A stretch of 64,000 nt of DNA from Octopus sinensis. Its lineage: Eukaryota. The translations under genes and the position numbers were made by a program. Position 1 is the first letter of the stretch. Each line of letters opens with the position of its first letter. Location of the stretch: positions 71,920,001 through 71,984,000 of the forward strand of contig NC_043003.1 of NCBI RefSeq assembly GCF_006345805.1, written 5' to 3'. Positions 56,095 through 64,000 of the stretch are shown one piece after another. The notes below the pieces were generated by a model. It saw only the letters and a list, made by a program, of their open reading frames with translations, did no database searches and had not been told where the DNA came from.

Positions 56095-56360
<266 letters not shown>

Positions 56361-57889
56361 AGTTCTACTCACGTGGCAAATGAAGTATAAAAGAGATATT
56401 GTCTGCAAAAATTAGAAATAGGACACAAAAATGTGATGTAATGCAACGTTTCGTATGTGTTTCTAATAAATATACAGTTACAATTGGGCTATAATTAAAA
56501 CAAGATATTGTTTCGCTGTGGTTACAATAAAGGCATCGATTTTATTAGATTTAATATTTCAACATTCAGTAACACCTCTTACTATATGAACATATACACA
56601 CATAAATATACGTGTATATCTATATATAAATATATAAATATGCAAATATATATATATCTGCATTAATGTGCATACACGTGTGTGTATGTGCATGCACGTG
56701 TGTGCATGTGTGTCTCGCTCTAACGTCTCTGTATGTTTATCTTTACACCTGTAAAAACCGCTGTTGAATCTCTATTTTAACTCTGTGTGTCATGATCCCT
56801 GATTAATCAAAATAAGTTCTGAACTGAAATATATATTGGGATTGATGGTGGGGTTAATACATGTTATATCTTTTACGTACAGTAAGAAGTTTTCAAGGAT
56901 GTGGCTGTTATTTTTAGGAGACGGACCGACCAGCTCCTAGCATGGACTAATGTATCCATATCTATGCTGCATATGCTGTCAGTTAGCTTTGAAGAAATGT
57001 CTTTCTAGTAGTGACCATCAGTTTAATATCCAGTGTAGTATTTGAAGACAGAATAGCTGTTCTTTCTGGCATATTGATAAAACCTACGGCAGAGTAGTGT
57101 AGTGGCAGTGAAAATGTGGATGGGGTTCAGTTGAAGATGGTGTAACAAAATATGTTATTCAGCGTTTTGATGAATTAAAGTATGTTTACACCGCCGCCTC
57201 GCAACACCTCCACCTCCCAATACTTCTACACCTCTTTTTCCCAACACTCCCACACGTTCTCTTCCTACCTCCACCTCTCATCCCCTTCCACAACTCCATA
57301 TCCTCCCAACACCCTCCACACTTACTCCTCCCATCACCTTCTCACCCCCACTCACCCCTGTACACTATCACCAACCAATCCACCCGAAATGAGAAAACCA
57401 GGAATAAACTGACACTTTTATTGTTTGTTGTTGTTTTTTTTTGGGGGGGGGGAGATGGGTGGATAGGAGGGGTAGGTGGTTGACTGATAATAGGTAGTGT
57501 GTGGGTGGGTACTGGTGAGAGGTGGGGGAAAGTTTTATGAATAGCATCCAGAAATACAGAGAATGTACCACAAAATGGTATATACACATACAAATATTCA
57601 TATATCCCCATATGCTTATACACTCACATTCATAAACATACATACCCGCGCACACACAAATACACACACTTACACATACATACACACAATATGAAATAAA
57701 ACATAATTGAGAGAAATGTTTTTCTTCAACTCCCCTCCATTTATCCTTTCGTCCATTTTATTCTTTCTTTAATTTTTTTTCTGGAGGAAGAAGAGAATAA
57801 GGGGAAAACGAATGGATACGAATAAAAACAGCTCGGATTCTGTGCTTTTCCAACTTTCTTCCAGTTTTTGCAACCACAGTTGACTAGAA

Positions 57890-58090
57890 GCCTAACGTTA
57901 TTTTCAGGTTGGAGTGTCACGTCATTTGCAAGTGCTGGACCAATAGATTTCCTCACATACATATTATCGCAGGGGAATCTAATAATTAATGGCTGATGAT
58001 TATCACATAAATATATTCTTTTCACTAACCTGGATCCCATAGAAAATCTATGGAATATTAAATGAATATGGCAAACTTGTGTCCTGGAAA
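57890..58090 (+). mobile_element. Tc1 transposase remnant
   Basis: WSVTSFASAGPIDF and NLDPIENLWNI (cf. SPDLNPIENLW). Confidence 0.6.
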
Positions 58091-58099
58091 TCGTCACGA

Positions 58100-58270
58100 G
58101 GTAAAGACTACATACCAGAGGGCGGACACTCTCCTACCCTGATGTAATCTCCAGGGATACAGGCATCCAGCAACAGGACCTCCGTTATGCTATGATGGAC
58201 CGTGAGGTCTGGCGTAACATAGTAAATTCCATTGTCTCGACCACGGTCGAACAATGATGATGATAATGAC
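58100..58270 (+). mobile_element. RTE LINE 3' end with (TGA)n tail
   Basis: TLSYPDVISRDTGIQQQDLRYAMMDREVWRNIV followed by ATGATGATGA. Confidence 0.8.
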
Positions 58271-60059
58271 TACATTTGAGAAAACCTGAATTACAGACTT
58301 GTTGCCACGATATATTTAAGTAGTCATTGATGCCAAATTTTGTGATTTTGTAATCAATTTCCCTAAACGATATGTGACCAGAACAATCGAAAAACAAATG
58401 ACATATTCAGAGAGTCAGCCAGCCAAAATACTAGACGGGCAAAATCAAGTGACGTCATTAAATGCATATCCAATCAGAACTTGAACCTTCACCTTAAAAA
58501 ACGTTATATACAAAGCAATTTTAGCTTAAGACAGTTCAAACAGTCACCGGCAACACCAGCGACGAAGAATCGTCCTACATGCACTAGAAAAGAAATTGTA
58601 AAATCTTTTTGCTTTCTTTTCTATTTTTTCTTACTATTTAAAAAATTTCATGGTATCTAATTGTTAATATTACTGAATGCCACGGATCCTTTAATCGTAT
58701 GAAGTTCATCGAATATTTGAATTTCTATTACTGTCTACCAGTGTGAAACTTATTGAATATTTGAATTTGTATGAACATTTGATCCTTTTAGCAAGTTATT
58801 CTGAATTTCCTTTGTAACTTCAATCTCTCCTAAACTGTTTTTGATTTATCATTGAAAAGCAAAATATTGTCGGGACTAGTTTAATATACTAATAAATCTG
58901 TTAAAAAGTTTTTAATTTAACACACGTTTTTAGGCTCAGGCGCATTTTTGAAACCTCAAACCAACTCTCTCTCTCACCCCCCCACACAAATACATACATA
59001 CGTGTATATGTGTGCGTGTGTGTGTGTTAGAATATAAGTATATGTACGAATGGATGTGAGTATATATGTGTGTGTGTGTGTGCGTGGTATATTAGAATAT
59101 ATGTACGTATAGATATGAATATATATATATGTGTGTGTGTGTTTGTGTGTATGTGTGTGTCTTTGTGTGTGTGTATACACACTCCTATTCACATATGCAT
59201 ATAGGTATAGTTTAATATACATGTTTAATTATATAAGTAGCATTAAAGACCCGTCGTTGCCGGGTCATAATGCTAGTGTATGTATATATGTGTATATATA
59301 TGTGTGTACATATTACATGTACATCTATATATATACATCTACACATAAAATACAAAATACAAAGTTATATCTTGATATCGCTAGTGATAACAATACTCAA
59401 AATGTATAACAGACTGGAATTGTTAGCCCGTCTCTTGTAATTTCGATCAATTGTATCTTGTCCTCCCTCTTGTATAGAAGTGTGGCTACAATCCAGCCTA
59501 CCTCAACTTCGGGGGGGGGGGATTTTTAATTTTTATCCGGCACGTCCTACGTCCCAGATATAAAGGTAAAAGTAAAATATTTCCACTTTGCAAGTTCGAG
59601 TCGAGTACTCCCTTGCACGCTCCGTTGACTCGAACCTTGCTTCTATTGTGGCGAATTTACCGCCTCTGATTAGATTTCTTTCATAGTCACACCAAGACAC
59701 TTTTCGAAGGTGTTTTCCTCCATGTGTTCAAATCTTCTTTCTTCTCTACATTGTATACTTTATAGACAATAGTCTTTTCTTTAATTTAATTTTTTATTAT
59801 CCATCTGGACTATTCCATTTCTGCACGCTAATTTTATTTTTAATTTATTCCCATTCATGTGGAACCATTTATTCAAGTTCAAGTCATTGATGCAATTTTA
59901 TACCAATTGCTATTTTTACTTTTGTTATGTTACTTTAGTTTGATTTTAATTATTACTTACTACATATAATTAAATTGTTATTATTATTTTTATTGTTAAA
60001 GTGATAGTATCTGACATAAAATAGAGAAACGTTTTTGTTTCACTTTTAACACGTAATAC

Positions 60060-60410
60060 TGAAATAGTGGAGAAGATATGATATTGCTATGGGCTCGCTC
60101 TAGGCAAGAATTTGAACATTTTTTTTGCCCATGAAACTACATGGACCCTAAGTAAGGCATGTGTAAAATTTGAATGGAATTGGTTGCGTAGTTCTCAAGT
60201 TTTAGGGAATCGTAGTGGAGAAGATATGATATTGCTGTGGGCTCGCCCTAGGCAAAAAGTTCAAAATTCTTTTGCCGATGACATTCCCTGGACACTAAGT
60301 AAGGCATGTGTAAAATTTGAATGAAATTGGTTGTGTAGTTCTCAGGTTTTAGGGAAACACACAGACAGACAGACAGACACACATTCTCAGTTTTATATAT
60401 ATAAAGATTA
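60060..60410 (+). mobile_element. Helentron-associated (DINE-1/HINE-like) element with 148-bp internal tandem repeat
   Basis: Units 60065-60212 and 60213-60356 contain AAATTTGAATG.AATTGGTTG.GTAGTT, followed by (GACA)n and TTTTATATATATAAAGAT. Confidence 0.7.
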
Positions 60411-60938
60411 TATAATCATACACATATTCACATGCAGGTTGACAAACAGAAATGTCTGTCTAAAATCATAAGTGGATAGATATGGACTTAGAAACAAATA
60501 TACTCAGCCAGAGATAAATGGACAGATTAGCTCATACATACAAATGTAGACACAGTAAGAAACAATTACGTACACAGTGACATACACATATGAATATATA
60601 GACATACATATAAGTGCATAGTTCCGGGTTCAGTCCCACTGTGTGGTAACTTGGGCAAGCGTCTTCTGCTATAGCCTCGGCCTGACCAAAGCCTTGTGAG
60701 TGGATTTGGTAGAGGTAAACTGAACGAAGTCCGTGTATATATATATATTCGCCATGCTTGACCTCTTAATCTACGAGTTTTTTTTCTCATTCTCTCACTG
60801 TTTATTTTCCCTTTTTCCTTTCTGTTGAAGAGCGTAGGCTCGAAACGTAAGAGACTTTTCATTTTCCTGAGCGTCAAACTAACACACCTAGTTGTTGCTC
60901 ATAGACCTGTCTTCGTCTATTGTTTTCCGATAAATTTC

Positions 60939-61024
<86 letters not shown>

Positions 61025-61565
61025 CAGAGTAAACAGAAATATATTTAAATATATCAAAATAAGGATAAGCGGTTCGGCAAAAGAGACTGATAGAATAAAC
61101 ACCAGGCTTAAAATGATAAGTACTTGGATTGATGTATTTGATAAATAGGTTAAAAAACCTCAGTGTTATTGAAAGTTCCTAGTTGGGGAAAAATGGTAAG
61201 AGGCTTAGTGCCTCATTTTCTTATTGAATTGTGAACAGTGTAAAAGGTTTGTTGCATCATGAATTATATATGAGATCAATGTTCTCGAGAAACAACGATC
61301 GGCGGGCGTCGCTGTTTCTCCTATTAATCATCATTTTCATTTTTCATTTCATATAACATTATTCTATATTCAGTCCGCAGCTTCCTTTCTCTAAGTAAGG
61401 CCTTTATGGCCAATATAATAAAATAAAGAAGCTTGCTTCCTAACCACATGGTTCCGGGTTCAGTCCCACTGCGTCGCACCTTGGGCATGTGTCTTCTACT
61501 ATAGCCTCGGGCCGACTAAAGCCTTGTGAATGGATTTTGTTAACGGAAACTAAAAGAAGCCCGTC

Positions 61566-61636
<71 letters not shown>

Positions 61637-62946
61637 TATTTCTGTATTTGTCCCCGTAAACTAGCGGTTCGGCAAAAGAGATCGATAGATTAAGTACTAG
61701 GGGTCAATTTTTTCGACTAAAGGCGATGATCCATGACCGCAGTTAAATGATTGAAAAAAGTAAGTGAATAGTAAGAGAAGAAAAAAATCATCATTAAGAA
61801 AATAAAATATTATAATGAAGATTGAAATAATTGATCAAAATAATTTATAATGGCAAATTATAATAATTCTTTTTCATTTTGGCACAATGCCAGCAATTTG
61901 AGGCTATGATACGGGCAAGTTAATTAAATCGACCCCAGTGCTCATCTGATACTTACTTTCAATCCGAGGGGCTGAAAGTCAGCGGAATTTGAGCTCAAAT
62001 GACATAGTAAAAGATAAAATGAGAAATAAAATAATAAGTTATCCTATTCCATTAGATTTCTTATATTTATTTTTCGAGTTGGTATTATTAGACGGTGAGC
62101 TTTTAAATTGTTAGCACCCCGGAGAAAGTGCTAAGCGGTATTTCGTCTGACGCTAGGTTCTGAGTTCAAATTCCGCCGAGGTTGACTTTGCCTTTCATCC
62201 TTTCGGGGTCGATTAAATAAGTACCAGTTACGCACTGGGGTCGATGTAATCGACTTAATCCGTTTGTCTGTCCTTGTTTGTCCTCTCTGTGTTTAGCCCC
62301 TTATGGGTAGTAAAGAAATAGGTATTTCGTCTGTCTTTACATTTTGAGCTCAAACTCCTTTGCGGTTGACTTTGTCTTTCATCCTATCAACTAGTGTGGT
62401 CGATTAAATTGACTTACTCCACTCCCATACAATTTCAGGACATGTACCAATAGTAGATGTAAGTGTTTGTTTATGATAATTAGAAAAACAAATAGAATAA
62501 TTTAAATGCTGGCATTTAATAGCAATCTTATGTTTCATATTATTAAAGAACTTGGATCACGTTTATAATCTTCGCGAGTAGATTAAAATATAATTCTTCC
62601 ATCTTACTGATATATTGTGTGGATTTTAGAGGAGATCATTCCAAGTTCTTTGTAAAGTTCTTCCACTTTACACTAAAAATGTATTTCGCAACAGAGGTTG
62701 AGGCTTTCAAGTTTCCATTAGAAAATAAGTGAAATGTAAATATATTTCTTTAAAAATATTGCAGAAGATCCAATGAATCAAATAAAAAATTCATTTTGAA
62801 ACTTCAAAATAAGGCAATATTTAGCGCAGTGTGTAAACAGGTGATGGGACTGGCCTGTTTCATCGATTGATATGCTTAAAATGTAGCCAAACTGCCCTCA
62901 CGTCACAACTTGCCCTCTTAGACACTGAGAATAACATAGTCTAGTG

Positions 62947-63144
62947 CAGTGGTTCCCAAACTATGAGTCGCGACCCACAGATGGGTCGCGAACGGAATCT
63001 TTGTGGGTCGCAAAAAGTTATAAAATTACGCATTAGCTTTGATTAACTGCTGTCTATCGAGATAGTTCATTAGAATTAAGTGGGTCGTCATAAACTGGTG
63101 TGATAAATTGTGGGTCGCGACTCTGAAAAGTTTGGGAACCACTG
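62947..63144. mobile_element. hAT (Charlie-like) MITE
   Basis: Perfect 16-bp TIR CAGTGGTTCCCAAACT; perfect 8-bp TSD GTCTAGTG (62939-46 and 63145-52); internal TGGGTCGC repeats. Confidence 0.95.
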
Positions 63145-64000
63145 GTCTAGTGGATGCAATTTCTGAAAAGAAAAAAAAAGACAGAATAATCATAGCTGAA
63201 ATCTCTTTGATATCATCTCTTAACGAGAGCCAAATAGAATATTTTTTATTACATCGATTTGTTTTGCAATGGACTGGCTTTTGTTTCCTCAATTCTTTAA
63301 TTTGTCAGGGATATGTTTTCAAAAGTCAGAATCGACCGATTGAGAAAACGGAATTAAGAATGCACCTAAAATGTATATGAGAAACAGCTGTATGTCTACG
63401 GTGCACAAATACATGTGTACAGCCTGTTATTTATGCATTTTCTTACATAGACACGCGCGCATGCACACATACATACGTACACACACACACACACACTAAT
63501 ACATGTGTATGTATGTATAAGTGCAAGTATGAATGTATGATTAAGAAGCTCGCTCTGCAATCGCGGAGTTTCGGGTTCAGTCCTACAGTGCGGCACTTAA
63601 GGCAATTGCCTTATACTTTTGCTTCAGGCTGACTAATACTTTGTCAGTAAATTTGGGCGACGGAATCTAAGAGTCTGTCGTATACATACATACATACATA
63701 CATACATACATACATACATACATACATGCGCGCACACACATATAGAAAGAGAGATTAAAATGTGTGTTTTCACACGCGTGTGTGTGGATGTTTGTGTCTA
63801 TCGTGTGTTTTTCGTCACTTCTACTTTTTGACAAGTAAGCGGCGGCTCTGAAAAAGACGGATGGAACAACTACCAGACAAAACCCGTCAAGTTGTGTCCC
63901 AGAATGGTTGCTGTCCAGTAACTGAAACAAGTAAAAGATAAAAGATATGTGCGTGCGCATGTGTGTATCCATGTGTATTTGGTAAAGTCTAAAATAAGTA

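Noticed and set aside
60065-60356. CRISPR-like or other repeat array
   Set aside because: A two-unit 148-bp tandem with no spacers, in eukaryotic Helentron-type context.

Overview
AT-rich, repeat-saturated eukaryotic DNA. The tRNA-derived SINE families, the (TA)n/(CA)n/(TAA)n/(GATA)n microsatellite load and the transposon mix point to an octopus genome; this is inferred from family recognition, not a database hit. No intact host protein-coding gene, rRNA or functional tRNA can be supported, and nearly all long ORFs are microsatellite artefacts. The window is a graveyard of decayed mobile elements: Helitron/Helentron, Tc1, mariner, maT, pogo/Tigger, hAT and piggyBac MITEs, Tx1/L1, RTE, R4/Dong-type and Penelope-like (PLE) retroelements, two internally deleted Gypsy elements with LTRs, and many SINEs. 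The most notable signal is RNA-level: at least nine hammerhead-ribozyme (HHR) motifs. One is a fully canonical type I HHR (11880-11965) inside a non-coding, partially tandem 486-bp unit that looks like a retrozyme / circular-RNA-generating element. Another lies in a tRNA-headed, HHR-tailed SINE-like element (39200-39570). The window also holds a near-identical 1.3-kb inverted duplication and several long palindromes. All alignments and folds were done by eye, so boundaries of decayed elements are approximate.
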